Of a stretch of DNA of 64,000 nucleotides, positions 1 to 10,668 are shown piece after piece (the first letter of the stretch is position 1; each line of letters begins with the position of its first letter). The translations under genes were made by a program, and so were the position numbers. Where the stretch lies: positions 1 through 64,000 of the forward strand of contig CAYSHM010000003.1 of assembly GCA_964430885.1 (NCBI GenBank), read 5' to 3'. The notes under the pieces were generated by a model, which did not search any database, had not been told where the DNA came from, and saw only the letters and a list, made by a program, of their open reading frames with translations. The stretch comes from an uncultured archaeon. GTDB taxonomy: Archaea > Thermoplasmatota > Penumbrarchaeia > JASLWR01.

Positions 1-217
1 CTGGGTGGATTGAAATTGCCCGAATTTCTGCACAAATTTGTGTGAGGAGCCATAAAAGATTTGCGGCCTTCGATTTATGCAGGTAACAATTATCCTCTGC
101 CTTTATTGGGCTGTCCTCGTCCTTGGGAGATACCATCATTCCCAGTTTGTACCAGAAAAATGTAAATCCCGCTAGTATCAAAGTTCCGACTAGTACTATT
201 ATTCCCCATAATGCCAT
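1..217 (-). CDS. Partial CDS running off the window edge; small membrane-anchored hypothetical protein
   Basis: ATG at 217 after GAGGT RBS; open frame MALWGIIVLVGTLILAGFTFFWYKLG... (one TM helix) to base 1. Confidence 0.6.
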   Translation of the reverse strand, partial: MALWGIIVLVGTLILAGFTFFWYKLGMMVSPKDEDSPIKAEDNCYLHKSKAANLLWLLTQICAEIRAISIHP

Positions 218-425
218 ATGATAACCTCATTTTCTTTTGTCTTTAATCGCATATTACTATGTAATATGAACATCCAAAAGTTTTAAATCCAAAGCATTCC
301 AATAATTTAACGATATATAAAACTATTCATAAAAATGCAAAAAGGCACAGGGTTTGAAATCACATTAGAAAAAGCATTCTCGAGAATGGGTCAATTTGCA
401 TTGTGGTTTCGGAATCTGAAGGGGG

Positions 426-1895
426 TCAATCGCTCAATTGTTTCCCAATCAAATCATCTACAAAACTCAAAAAATCATCTCTGTTTTCTTTCAGTATCGT
501 AGCCCCTGCAGCTATATTATGTCCGCCTCCAATACCTTGATATTTCATTGCTCCCCTGGACATAACCTCATTCAATTTCAATCCTTTCCTCACTAATGGA
601 GTTGTCCCTCTTGAGGAAATCTTTAGTTTACCTTCATCATCCATGGAATCAACTATGCCGAGAATTGGTTTGGAAGGATCCACATCATCCTCTCCGAGAA
701 CCATCGTAGCCACAATACCTACTATACCATCCGGTATTCTTGATCCGGCATAAAAATACTGAATGTTATCCATGACCTCAATCCCAATCTCCCGAACGAC
801 CTTCAATGAATCCACCAATCTCCGCCTGTGACCCTGAAGCATGGTAAGAGCTTTTTCCAACCCTTCCCCTCTATCTCCCAAACATACCTGCAGTCCTAGA
901 TGCGGTTTGCTGTATCTTCCGCAAGAATTCAAAAGGGTGGAGAACTCCTTGGCATCATGAAGGGCCGTGTTCTTGACTTCTCCCTTCAGTTCATATACTT
1001 CCCCAAGCAGAGAAATGGCCGGTTCATGGCCGAAACCCTTGTCCACCAAGAGGACCGCCAGGGATGACAATATCTTTTTCTTGTCATCTTTAGACAGTTC
1101 GGTCCACCTTATCCATCCCTCGTCACTCTGCTGGATTATCTCCAAATCGTCGAGGAAAGCCACTGCATTATTACGGTGTCCGGTTATTCCCGGAAGTACT
1201 GGGTCTGTCGAATACTGAAGCATCTTATGAACTGGGCGGGTTTCTCTGCCGAATAGATTTATGTCAGTTATGACATTAACTACATCAGCTTTTAGTGAAT
1301 CCTTTAAAATAATCCTGTTCAGACCTATCAATCTGCGATTCTTCCTGGACTGAAGATCGCCTACCGCGCCCACGACGGCCAAAGCCGAGAGGTCAAAATT
1401 AGAATCTGAAAGGGCTCTGGACACAAGGTAGGCCAGGCCTGCACCGGATATCTCCAGGGAACCCTCTTTTCCGAAAAGATGCGGATTTAAATGCCTCCAG
1501 TCGTCCTTTTTATCGGCCCCTGCGGCAGTATGAACCTTGAGAAATTCCATGAGATCTGTCCTTTGTCCCACTGAAAGATGACCCGGTTCAAGACCTTGAT
1601 CAAGGGGAAGTTCATGATGATCACAGATAATATAATCAAGGCCCTCTAAAGAATTAATCATGCCCGAACCCAGGTCCGTGAACCAAATCAGCTTAGAGGA
1701 TTCCTCTCTCAATCTTGAAATGGCGGAATCATCCAGCTGTTTCACAAATTCCACATCATGACATATTCCGGCGCGGGTCAAAGAAGCCGAAGCAATGGAA
1801 CCTGCGGTTATCCCATCTGCATCAATATGGGAGACAACCTTAACATAATCCTGTTCTATGATATGGTCTGCTATTCTGCGAGCCCGATTTTCCAA
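426..1895 (-). CDS. RecJ-like DHH/DHHA1 phosphoesterase (archaeal GAN/Cdc45-like family)
   Basis: SHIDADG, FTDLGSG, CDHH, LNPH, VGAVGD and GGGHNIAAG motifs. Confidence 0.9.
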   Translation of the reverse strand: MENRARRIADHIIEQDYVKVVSHIDADGITAGSIASASLTRAGICHDVEFVKQLDDSAISRLREESSKLIWFTDLGSGMINSLEGLDYIICDHHELPLDQGLEPGHLSVGQRTDLMEFLKVHTAAGADKKDDWRHLNPHLFGKEGSLEISGAGLAYLVSRALSDSNFDLSALAVVGAVGDLQSRKNRRLIGLNRIILKDSLKADVVNVITDINLFGRETRPVHKMLQYSTDPVLPGITGHRNNAVAFLDDLEIIQQSDEGWIRWTELSKDDKKKILSSLAVLLVDKGFGHEPAISLLGEVYELKGEVKNTALHDAKEFSTLLNSCGRYSKPHLGLQVCLGDRGEGLEKALTMLQGHRRRLVDSLKVVREIGIEVMDNIQYFYAGSRIPDGIVGIVATMVLGEDDVDPSKPILGIVDSMDDEGKLKISSRGTTPLVRKGLKLNEVMSRGAMKYQGIGGGHNIAAGATILKENRDDFLSFVDDLIGKQLSD

Positions 1896-1927
1896 ATTGA
1901 TTACCCCGCATACTGAAGAAAAATGAA

Positions 1928-2914
1928 TTAAAGATATACATTCTCAAGGTTCTTGGGTTCATCGACCTTTATATCCTTTGATTTCGTTGTTTTTTTCTTC
2001 TTTGAAAATTCCTTGTCATCGTTGGGATGGGGGCGATTATGGGTCTTGATAACTATATCGGTTACCCAATCGTAGGATATTCTGTGATAATAACCTTCAT
2101 CATCTATCAAATGAAGACCCCTCTTATGGCGAAGGACCCTGCCTTCCACTATCCTCAAGGTGTCCCCTCCAACTATATAAACGATAACGTCATCATCGAT
2201 CCTGATCCCGTAACGCCTTTTTTTTAGAGGTCCCGATATTCGATCCCTGTATTCTTCAGGGTACTGGTTCACCGTTGTTGAATCCTCTCTGTTTTCTTGT
2301 TCAGCATCAGTACCTTTCTTCTGCATTCTACGGAATAGATTTATTCCCCTATCGGTAAGTTTAAATGAACCTTCAGGTTCCTCCATAACAAGACCTAATT
2401 CCTTCATCCATTCCAATCTTACGGAGAAATCCCACCAGCGGCTCCTTCCTTTGAGATCGCTCTTTTTACGTTCCTGATTCACCTTATCCATAATAGTTTC
2501 CCTAGTATCCGGTTCTTCACCTCTCAAACTGTAGAAAACATTAAGGAAACCACCCACATTTCTGGCAAAATAGAGGAATATGACCTGTTTGTTGTATTCG
2601 ATCAAAGAGGACTTATGGTTGCTCAGTACCGATTGTCCGTTCTCCGTCAAGGATATTGCATCCCCTGAAATATCTACAAAACCGCATACATCCCGTAGCA
2701 TCCATTGCATGTAATCCTTATTTAGATGTTCGGTATCCTTGTATTTTCCCGGATCGTCTATTTGAAAAAAGGAAAAAACCTCATCCTGCGAACCGCCTCG
2801 ATCGATGATCCGAAGTGTGGTTATGATTTTGTCATAATACCCGTCACTTTCGAAAAGATCAACCTTTTCCCATGTCTTCTTAGTCAATGTCAATCTGGAA
2901 CCTCCATTTGCCAA
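1928..2914 (-). CDS. Hypothetical protein: winged-helix-like N-terminal region fused to a small beta-rich C-terminal domain
   Basis: 328-aa ORF; wHTH-like endings VDISGDAISLTENG and RLEWMKELGLV...FKLTDRG. Confidence 0.65.
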   Translation of the reverse strand: MANGGSRLTLTKKTWEKVDLFESDGYYDKIITTLRIIDRGGSQDEVFSFFQIDDPGKYKDTEHLNKDYMQWMLRDVCGFVDISGDAISLTENGQSVLSNHKSSLIEYNKQVIFLYFARNVGGFLNVFYSLRGEEPDTRETIMDKVNQERKKSDLKGRSRWWDFSVRLEWMKELGLVMEEPEGSFKLTDRGINLFRRMQKKGTDAEQENREDSTTVNQYPEEYRDRISGPLKKRRYGIRIDDDVIVYIVGGDTLRIVEGRVLRHKRGLHLIDDEGYYHRISYDWVTDIVIKTHNRPHPNDDKEFSKKKKTTKSKDIKVDEPKNLENVYL

Positions 2915-3729
2915 CCATCAATGGATTTTTGATTGGATTTTGGCCTATAAAAGGTAAACTATCCTACAAATACCTAATGCAAATATATTCAAAATTATTC
3001 AAGTGAATCTGAACGAGAATCTCATCATCATCAAATATGAATGTGATTGATCAATCTGAATTAATGTGAAAAAGAGAAATAATGTAGTGGCAATGCGCTT
3101 TTCAAGGAGCCAGTAATACAAAAAACTAACCACTATTACTGATTTGAAAAATTTTTTCCATTGATGGAATTTTACTGACAATATATATATATTAATTGGT
3201 CTCCTTTATACTGGTGATATTAGTAAATAATATTAAAACAGAATAACCAATGTAAAATTAAGAAGTGATGTGGATAGAATAAATAGAGTTTCCTGAATAG
3301 GAAAATGAGGAATAACCGATACAGATCTGGAATATAAAAAGAAATAATATATTCATTTGGATGGGACTATAAAACAGAAGACGGCCATCCGTTAATCCCT
3401 ATCATTAGAATCATTTAATCTTAGATAAAATCGATCAAATTAGCCTATTAACCTTGGAATATCAATAATCATTTAGTAAATAAAGATATCATGGCATGTT
3501 GAGTCAGTATCAAGCAATAGATATTTTTCGGGGGATAGGCATTCTGGGTCTATTGGTTCGGTGAAGCAAGCTCATTTTTCTTTTTCAGGGTTGATTGGAA
3601 CTTGGATCCATCTATCATAATAGGTAAAAAGACCCATCGAACTGTATTTCAAAGCAATACTCGATTATTGTGAAAGCCTTCGCATCACAGCCCTAAAACG
3701 AAACAAAGGTGAGAAAAGGAGGTATGAAA

Positions 3730-5019
3730 ATGAAATTAGACCCGAGTACTACTAAATATTTAATAACCGGAAAAATTCACGCTGATGGAGTTGTAGAAAA
3801 ACCCGATGTGGTGGGTGCGATTTTCGGACAGACCGCAGGACTAATCGGCGAGGAACTGGACCTCAGAGAGCTCCAGAAGAACGGCAGAGTTGGGAGAATT
3901 GAGGTGGAAATGAAATCAAACAGGGGTAAGAGCACAGGAACCATCACTCTCCCCACAAGCCTTGAACAGGTGGAGACCGCGATATTAGCTTCTTCACTAG
4001 AGACCATTGACAGGATCGGTCCATGTTCTGCCACTATAAAGATTGAAGCAGTCAACGATGTGCGCAGTGAAAAAAAGACACTAATCATCGAGAGAGCAAA
4101 GGAGATAGTCAGGCAGATAATGGAAGAGACAAAGAAAGCCGGCGTAAATATTACTGATAGTGTTAGGCAGGCGGTGCAGGTGGAGGAGATAAAATACTAC
4201 GGCAAGGATAAATGCCCTGGTGGGCCCAATGTCGAAACATCCGATGCGATCATTGTTGTAGAAGGAAGGAACGATGTCCTGAACCTTCTGAAATACGGCA
4301 TCAAGAACGCCATAGCTGTTGGAGGAACAAACATTCCTGATACAGTTGTAGAGCTTTCCAAGGAAAGAATAGTCACAGCTTTTACCGACGGAGATAGGGG
4401 CGGAGAACTGATCCTCAAGGAACTGCTCCAAGTGAGCGAGGTGGACTTCATAACCAGAGCTCCCAAGAACAAAGAGGTGGAGGAGCTTACCCAGAAACAG
4501 ATAATCAAAGGATTGAGGAACAAAATACCTGCTGAGCAGTACATCGAGATGAATGAATTCGAGATAAACGGAAATGCTCCTAAACGGGACCACAAGGGCA
4601 AAAGCACTCAAACTGGCGGCCGTAAAAGCCCCGGCAAAAGTACCGCTCAAGCCAGTTCATCAGGTGGAAAAGGCAGATCGAAGAAGAAAAATGTAAAAAG
4701 CTATCAGAACATCAAACCCGCGGATAGGGATAATTACAGAAGAATCCTGAACAAACTATCCGGAAAGCTGGAGGCGCGATTGCTGGACGGTAGCGGAAAG
4801 GAGTTCGAAAAATTACAGGTGAACGAACTCGCTTCAACCCTGAAGAGCAAGAAGAGCAAGGAAGTCGATACCGTGATTTTCGATGGTGTTATCACACAGA
4901 GATTGATCAACATTGCAGCCAGTAAGAAGATTAACACCCTTATCGGAGTGAAAAAAGCTGGTAATGTCAACAAGATACCCAAGGAAATCAATGTGCTTAC
5001 AAAGAAGAATTTGAAATAA
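3730..5019 (+). CDS. dnaG: Archaeal DnaG (TOPRIM primase-like, exosome-associated)
   Basis: GVVEKPDVVGAIFGQT, LRELQKNGRVGRIEV, VVEGRNDV, FTDGDRGG, FDGVITQRL; GGAGGT RBS; start could be 3724. Confidence 0.95.
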   Translation: MKLDPSTTKYLITGKIHADGVVEKPDVVGAIFGQTAGLIGEELDLRELQKNGRVGRIEVEMKSNRGKSTGTITLPTSLEQVETAILASSLETIDRIGPCSATIKIEAVNDVRSEKKTLIIERAKEIVRQIMEETKKAGVNITDSVRQAVQVEEIKYYGKDKCPGGPNVETSDAIIVVEGRNDVLNLLKYGIKNAIAVGGTNIPDTVVELSKERIVTAFTDGDRGGELILKELLQVSEVDFITRAPKNKEVEELTQKQIIKGLRNKIPAEQYIEMNEFEINGNAPKRDHKGKSTQTGGRKSPGKSTAQASSSGGKGRSKKKNVKSYQNIKPADRDNYRRILNKLSGKLEARLLDGSGKEFEKLQVNELASTLKSKKSKEVDTVIFDGVITQRLINIAASKKINTLIGVKKAGNVNKIPKEINVLTKKNLK

Positions 5020-5182
5020 AAAACAACCCAAGCATATATGTCCAAAAATTGAATTGAATGGAAGATAAAAGGGTCTGGACAAACTGTTCTACTAATCTGA
5101 AACCGTTAGATTTGGCCCTCTTTTATATTTATGATAACATTAAATCATCCAATACAAATGCAGTAGATATGTGGGGAGAATT

Positions 5183-6082
5183 ATGATGGATAATTTTGAG
5201 TTCATAGATGTACAGAACCAGCCGTCCAAACGCAAATTTCAATTGAATCGAGTAGGCATTACAGGTCTGAAAAAACCAACAGTGGTAAGAAGAAAAAAAC
5301 GGAAAGTACACCTCATGGTGAAATTCGACATATACGTAGATCTGCCTTCGGATCAAAAAGGCTCCCACATGTCCCGAAATGCTGAAGTTATTAACAACAT
5401 TGTTGATCAAAGTGTCAGAAATCCCGTAGATTCACTCGAGAATCTGGGATTGAAGATCGTGGATGAGCTTCTGATTAGCCATGAATATGCCACTTATGCA
5501 CAGGTAGATATGGAATCGGATTACTTTCTTGAAAAATCATCACCTCTAGGAAGAAAGAGCCTGGAGAATTATGGATTGAGAGCGTCTGCAAAAAAGGGTC
5601 GCAACAACGGTGGGACCAAGACCTTGGGCGTAGAAGTGATGGGCATGAGCGTCTGCCCCTGTGCAATGGAAACCATAAGAGGACTGCTATCAGCGGCCCA
5701 CCCTGAACACAGGGATTTTCTGCAGGAGATACCAATGCTCAGCCACAACCAAAGAAATGTAACCTACGTAGAAGTTCAAACCGACCCAAAATATGAACTT
5801 GAGGCGGATGACCTCATTGAAATAACCGAGATGAGTCAGAGCTCCCCTACTTATGAGATACTGAAGAGGAATGATGAGGGGAAAGTTGTATTAAATGCCC
5901 ATAAGAATCCTAAGTTCGTGGAAGATGTTGTCAGAGATATACTTCATAAGATCATGGAGATGTATCCTGATTTCCCGGATGATACCCGATTAACTGTAAA
6001 AAGTTCCAGCAGGGAATCAATTCACAAGCATGATGCCTATGCGGAAAGAACTACTACATTCAAGGAATTAAGAAAGGATTGA
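5183..6082 (+). CDS. mptA: GTP cyclohydrolase MptA/FolE2 family
   Basis: DVQ, KGSHMSR, VCPCA, HNQR, KFVEDVVR, ESIHKHDA motifs. Confidence 0.92.
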   Translation: MMDNFEFIDVQNQPSKRKFQLNRVGITGLKKPTVVRRKKRKVHLMVKFDIYVDLPSDQKGSHMSRNAEVINNIVDQSVRNPVDSLENLGLKIVDELLISHEYATYAQVDMESDYFLEKSSPLGRKSLENYGLRASAKKGRNNGGTKTLGVEVMGMSVCPCAMETIRGLLSAAHPEHRDFLQEIPMLSHNQRNVTYVEVQTDPKYELEADDLIEITEMSQSSPTYEILKRNDEGKVVLNAHKNPKFVEDVVRDILHKIMEMYPDFPDDTRLTVKSSSRESIHKHDAYAERTTTFKELRKD

Positions 6083-6244
6083 ATAATCCACCTTTGAAAT
6101 TCGATTCATACCAGAATTGTTCCAATACGAATTATTCTTGGACCTTACAAAGGCACTTTTTCTGCATGATTTTCATTATTACCATCAAATACGGAAAGAT
6201 TTAAAAATGGTCCATCTAATTCAGTAGGTCGGAGGTGGAAGTAA

Positions 6245-6376
6245 ATGGTAGAACATCCAAGATTCGCACCCTGCCCAAAATGTGATGAAGGCCTAATGTT
6301 GCCTTTCTCAAGGGGGGAAGATCACTACGAACTTTGGCGCTGTTCAAGTTGTCTTTTCTCACTGCATAAAAGATAA
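6245..6376 (+). CDS. 43-aa C4 zinc-finger microprotein, copy 1
   Basis: MVEHPRFAPCPKCDEGLMLPFSRGEDHYELWRCSSCLFSLHKR; GGAGGTGG RBS; TTTAAAAA TATA-like box near 6200; paralogous to 6588..6719. Confidence 0.85.
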   Translation: MVEHPRFAPCPKCDEGLMLPFSRGEDHYELWRCSSCLFSLHKR

Positions 6377-6587
6377 GACAAGAAGTCGGAGCTGAAGATT
6401 AAGGAAAGTAAAAATCATCTTGATTGATGATCGAAAGCGGAATGCAAGATGTATTCCCATATTAGAGGGTTTTTCTTGTCATGAAGTGGCATTTCTCCCT
6501 TGATTTATCCTTGGGATGGGTGGATTCTTCAATTGAAAAACCCCACATATAAACAAATTAAATTGGTTAGAACGGAGGTGGATGTAT

Positions 6588-6719
6588 ATGGCACAACACC
6601 CAAGATTTCCGCCATGTCCAAAATGCGAGGAAGGTCTTCTACTGCCTTTCTCCTTTGGACAGGATTACTATGAGATATGGCGATGTACACACTGTCAATA
6701 CACGGTACAAAAACGATAG
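6588..6719 (+). CDS. 43-aa C4 zinc-finger microprotein, copy 2
   Basis: MAQHPRFPPCPKCEEGLLLPFSFGQDYYEIWRCTHCQYTVQKR; GGAGGTGG RBS; 27/43 residues identical to copy 1. Confidence 0.85.
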   Translation: MAQHPRFPPCPKCEEGLLLPFSFGQDYYEIWRCTHCQYTVQKR

Positions 6720-6818
6720 AATCATTATATGCATAGTAAAATCAGAATATTGAATAACAATCCTAAATATTCTCCATGACAGTCATAGAAGGGTACAAAA
6801 TATCCACCTGATTCATTA

Positions 6819-8195
6819 TTATTGTATTGAATGTTTCAGCTCACATATTTTGATATAGGGATATTCCTTGATAATTCTGCTTATATCAGTATCTCTACCG
6901 TACACTGTAAAAGATCTTTTGTATTCGTCTTGGAAGTATATTTCCTCAATATTCATAACCTCAAATCTACTATGGATAGTGTGTTCAATATTCTGATTTT
7001 CGTACCCCGTGAGATCTATCCGGTATCGGTTATAACCTGAGACACCGTTTCTAATAACGTCTATGATGTCATCAAATCCTTTCCCTTTTCCGGCTGAGAT
7101 CGATACTTGACCTAGTATATGCCATTGATTGTGTTCAAGGTATTCATGAAGCAAATTTCTTTTATTTTCCAGTTCTTCATTAATCAAAAGATCGGATTTA
7201 TTGAGAATTATAATAATACCAGGGGATGAATCCTCCCGATATATTATTTCCATGGATGTGGATATTTTGTTCTGTATCGTCAAGAAGGACTCAGAAACAT
7301 CTACAACCAGTAATATGACATCCGATTCCAGTATCTCCTCAATAGTAGACCTAAAAGCCTTGATCATATAAGGGGGAAGGTTCTGAATGAACCCTATGGT
7401 ATCTGTTAGAATAATAGGCATATCGGACTGGATCAATCTTCGGGTTCTAGTGGACAAGGTAGAAAAATATTTTTCTTCAACCATTTCAGCCGAACCTGTA
7501 AGCAGATTTAAAATTGTTGTCTTTCCTGCATTTGTATATCCTGCAATGGACACCTGAAAATACCCTTTTTTCCTCCGGTTATTCCTCCTTTGATCCCTCA
7601 CAGTCTTGATCTTCTCCAAATCTTTTCTGATATTTTTTATGCGTGATTCTATCTGATCATGATATTGAACCACCATCTGCTTCCCGCCAGTCCTATAGCC
7701 CGGGTGTTCTCCGGTCTTCAAACGATGAATACTCTCCTTGACCAAAGGTATCTCGTAACGAAGCTTTGCCAGTTCTACCTGTAATTTTGCCTCTCTGGAA
7801 TTGGCATTCCTCAAGAATATTTCCAGTATCAATCTGACTCTGTCAAATATATCTACATTAATATGCCTAGCCAATTTGAACAGCTGAACCGGCTTCAATT
7901 CATGTCCAATTACCAATAGATCGATTGGATTGTTATGTATGAATTCACTTATCTCATCCACTTTCCCCTTTCCTAGGAAATACTGAGGATTATATTTTGA
8001 GGGGTTCTGATAAAAGACTTCTACAACATTGTATGAAAGGGTTTTCAGGAGATTCCGTATCTCGATGTTAATAATTGAATCCAATTGATTCTGGGTCGCT
8101 ATAACGACGTTCTTGGGGACGTGAGCTTCACCCTTATCCTGTATCTGGGAATCCTCGATGTCTATCCCTTGCCTTAGCACTGATTTGGAGACCAT
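6819..8195 (-). CDS. hflX: GTPase HflX
   Basis: LGKGKVDE, DRVRLILEIF, EAKLQVELA, G1 GYTNAGKT, G3 DTIG, G4 NKSD; start uncertain (ORF open to 8291). Confidence 0.92.
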   Translation of the reverse strand: MVSKSVLRQGIDIEDSQIQDKGEAHVPKNVVIATQNQLDSIINIEIRNLLKTLSYNVVEVFYQNPSKYNPQYFLGKGKVDEISEFIHNNPIDLLVIGHELKPVQLFKLARHINVDIFDRVRLILEIFLRNANSREAKLQVELAKLRYEIPLVKESIHRLKTGEHPGYRTGGKQMVVQYHDQIESRIKNIRKDLEKIKTVRDQRRNNRRKKGYFQVSIAGYTNAGKTTILNLLTGSAEMVEEKYFSTLSTRTRRLIQSDMPIILTDTIGFIQNLPPYMIKAFRSTIEEILESDVILLVVDVSESFLTIQNKISTSMEIIYREDSSPGIIIILNKSDLLINEELENKRNLLHEYLEHNQWHILGQVSISAGKGKGFDDIIDVIRNGVSGYNRYRIDLTGYENQNIEHTIHSRFEVMNIEEIYFQDEYKRSFTVYGRDTDISRIIKEYPYIKICELKHSIQ

Positions 8196-8307
8196 TTCTT
8201 GAATTAAAACTAACGAATGAATAATATTAGAACCACATAGGAATTTTTTATGGAGTCGAGGGTAAAACCTGAAACGGAAGGAAAACATCATCTTCTCTTA
8301 ATACTAT

Positions 8308-9054
8308 TTATTTCTGTGCCCCTTTCAGTTTCTTTTCCTCTTCCCTCTGGTATTTTGGTTTTCTGGCAAGTCCGAACCGCTTCTTGAAAAGGAAGCCCCA
8401 ATTCTTGATTCCATCTTTCCATGTATTCAGAGCCTTTTCGCCTTTTCTCAATCGGTATGGAACATGAACCTCTTTGAAATGGATCTTCTTCTTTCTGTGG
8501 GCTTTCTTCGCTTCTATCTTGATCTCCTCGGATAAGGGCATACCATCGGAAGTAACGTTCAGATGTTTCAAAGCTTTTTTCCTGAATACCCACATTCCAG
8601 TTTGAGAATCGGTGAGCCACATGAAGAAAAGGATATTCATAGTTACCTTGAGGATGAAATTTCCCAGCCAATGTGTGCCTGTGAAGGCCCCCTTGTCCGC
8701 CAATTTGATCCGATCGCAGGAGATGAAATCCAATTCTTCCTTTTTAAGCTGTTTTACAAGATCGGGGATCAATTCCGCGGGATAGGTAGTATCACCGTCC
8801 AATGTGACGATGATGTCACCTTTAGCCTTGGCAAATCCCGTCTTATAGGCACGGCCATAACCCCTCCTTTTCTCCATTATTACTCGAGCACCTTTATTTT
8901 TGGCTATTTCAACAGTTCTATCCTTGGAAAGACCATCAATTATTACTATCTCAAGATCAGCAAAATCCTTGGGAATCTGATCAATGGTCTCACCTATTGA
9001 TTTCTCTTCATTTAATGTGGGGATCAAAACAGATACCTTCAATATATCACCCAT
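8308..9054 (-). CDS. GT2 glycosyltransferase (dolichol-phosphate sugar synthase-like)
   Basis: IPTLNEE, IDGLSKDRT, GYGRA, LDGD, DSQTG motifs. Confidence 0.9.
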   Translation of the reverse strand: MGDILKVSVLIPTLNEEKSIGETIDQIPKDFADLEIVIIDGLSKDRTVEIAKNKGARVIMEKRRGYGRAYKTGFAKAKGDIIVTLDGDTTYPAELIPDLVKQLKKEELDFISCDRIKLADKGAFTGTHWLGNFILKVTMNILFFMWLTDSQTGMWVFRKKALKHLNVTSDGMPLSEEIKIEAKKAHRKKKIHFKEVHVPYRLRKGEKALNTWKDGIKNWGFLFKKRFGLARKPKYQREEEKKLKGAQK

Positions 9055-9195
9055 TGATTTTTAAAATTTATTGATTCACTCTAACAGTAGTGGTTTATTT
9101 AAAGATGCGCCAGATATTCATTCCATATTAGATGAAGCTGGCAAGCAATATTCGAACATGAATTCCTGCGGAATGTCCATTCACGTTTATTATGT

Positions 9196-10668
9196 TCACT
9201 GATATTTATGGATCAATGCGGTTTTTTTATTGAACTCCCTAATCATATCATCCCATTCCTCCGCCTTTGACCATTTTTCCTTCCAGTAATTGTCATTCTC
9301 CCATTGATCATTGAGCTCTTCAACTGTTTTACCCTGCTGTTCGATCCAGGTAAAATATTTCAGATTATGCATTCTCTTCCGATCCCAATATCCCAATTCC
9401 TTCATCCAATCTGTTGTCTGGCCCTTGAGACATTTTTCATAATCCTTAGCAGCATCGAGCTCAGAATATTCACCGAAAGCGTCTTTCAATTCTTTTATTC
9501 TCGAGCCATACATCTCCATTGAATCAGTGGCTATTGTAAATACTATGTCCTTTTCACCCATTTCAAAATATTTGGCTACCTTAATGGAGCTCAGCATATT
9601 GGCTATTGAGGAGATTCCCAAAAGGTTTAATTTGTTCACAACTCTCGGATCCACACCCATCGTTTCCAAATACTTCTTACCCTCTGGTTCGTTGAACAAA
9701 CGGAGTATCCGCATACAGTCCTCATCATCGATATCAAGAACTACATCTGTATTCCTAAGGTTATGTACCCAGGGAACATGCTTGTCGCCTATGCCTTCTA
9801 TCCTATGACCGCCAAATCCGTTATAAAGAAGGGTAGGACACTGTTTTGCCTCACCTGCACCAACCAAGATACGCGGAAACTTCTCTTTAAGATACTCTGC
9901 ACATCCCAATGTTCCTGCGGATCCCTGGGTCAAGCAAACACCCGAAAGACGCTGGCCAGGTTCCTTCTCATCGTTGAACACTTCCTCTATGGCCCTGCCA
10001 GTGACATGATAATGCCACAGGGGATTTCCAAATTCGGCAAACTGATTTAGAACAACTATCTCATCAGGTCTTGCTTCCTTGAGCTCCTTGGTCTTGTCGT
10101 ATACTTCCTTGACATTGCTCTCACAACCAGGTGTCGCATGGATCTCAGCACCTACTTCATTTAGCCAGTTGAACCTCTCCTGGCTCATTTCCTCGGGAAG
10201 AACGGCTATCGAAGGACATGATAAAAGGGACGAATCATAGGCCCCTCCTCTACAGTAGTTCCCCGTTGAAGGCCAAAGAGCTTTCTGTGAAGTGGGATCA
10301 AATGTTCCCCTGATAAGCTTCTCAACAAGAGGGCCGAAGGTCGCACCTACCTTGTGGGAACCTGTGGGGAAGAACTTCCCTATGAGAGTGATGATCCTAG
10401 CTTTGACACCTGTGATCTCCGGAGGAAATTCCAAATAATTTACCTTTCCAAAACCACCGCCGAATTTTACTGGCTCATTTTTCCAAGTTATTCTAAAAAG
10501 ATTCCTTGAGTTCAGATCCCATAATCCAATATTCTTCAGTTCTTCCTTAATCTTCTCAGGGATCTTGTCTGGATTTGCCATCTGCTCATATGTTGGGATA
10601 ATGATGTCCCTATCCCTGCACCTATTTATCGTATTTTCTAAAACTACTTCTCTGTTCCTCTTTGACAT
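9196..10668 (-). CDS. PLP-dependent fold-type II enzyme (cysteine/threonine synthase-like)
   Basis: PTGSHKVG with PLP lysine, STGNYCRG, GSAGT, HRIEGIG. Confidence 0.85.
   Translation of the reverse strand: MSKRNREVVLENTINRCRDRDIIIPTYEQMANPDKIPEKIKEELKNIGLWDLNSRNLFRITWKNEPVKFGGGFGKVNYLEFPPEITGVKARIITLIGKFFPTGSHKVGATFGPLVEKLIRGTFDPTSQKALWPSTGNYCRGGAYDSSLLSCPSIAVLPEEMSQERFNWLNEVGAEIHATPGCESNVKEVYDKTKELKEARPDEIVVLNQFAEFGNPLWHYHVTGRAIEEVFNDEKEPGQRLSGVCLTQGSAGTLGCAEYLKEKFPRILVGAGEAKQCPTLLYNGFGGHRIEGIGDKHVPWVHNLRNTDVVLDIDDEDCMRILRLFNEPEGKKYLETMGVDPRVVNKLNLLGISSIANMLSSIKVAKYFEMGEKDIVFTIATDSMEMYGSRIKELKDAFGEYSELDAAKDYEKCLKGQTTDWMKELGYWDRKRMHNLKYFTWIEQQGKTVEELNDQWENDNYWKEKWSKAEEWDDMIREFNKKTALIHKYQ

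Noticed and set aside
2999-3181. 60-aa ORF in the large intergenic gap
   Set aside because: AT-rich, no RBS or recognisable motif; likely spurious
8288-8671. Alternate-frame and antisense ORFs in the track (also e.g. 4081..4650, 13752..14234, 18667..18957, 60353..60859)
   Set aside because: They overlap well-supported genes or a tRNA and lack RBS or protein-like motifs
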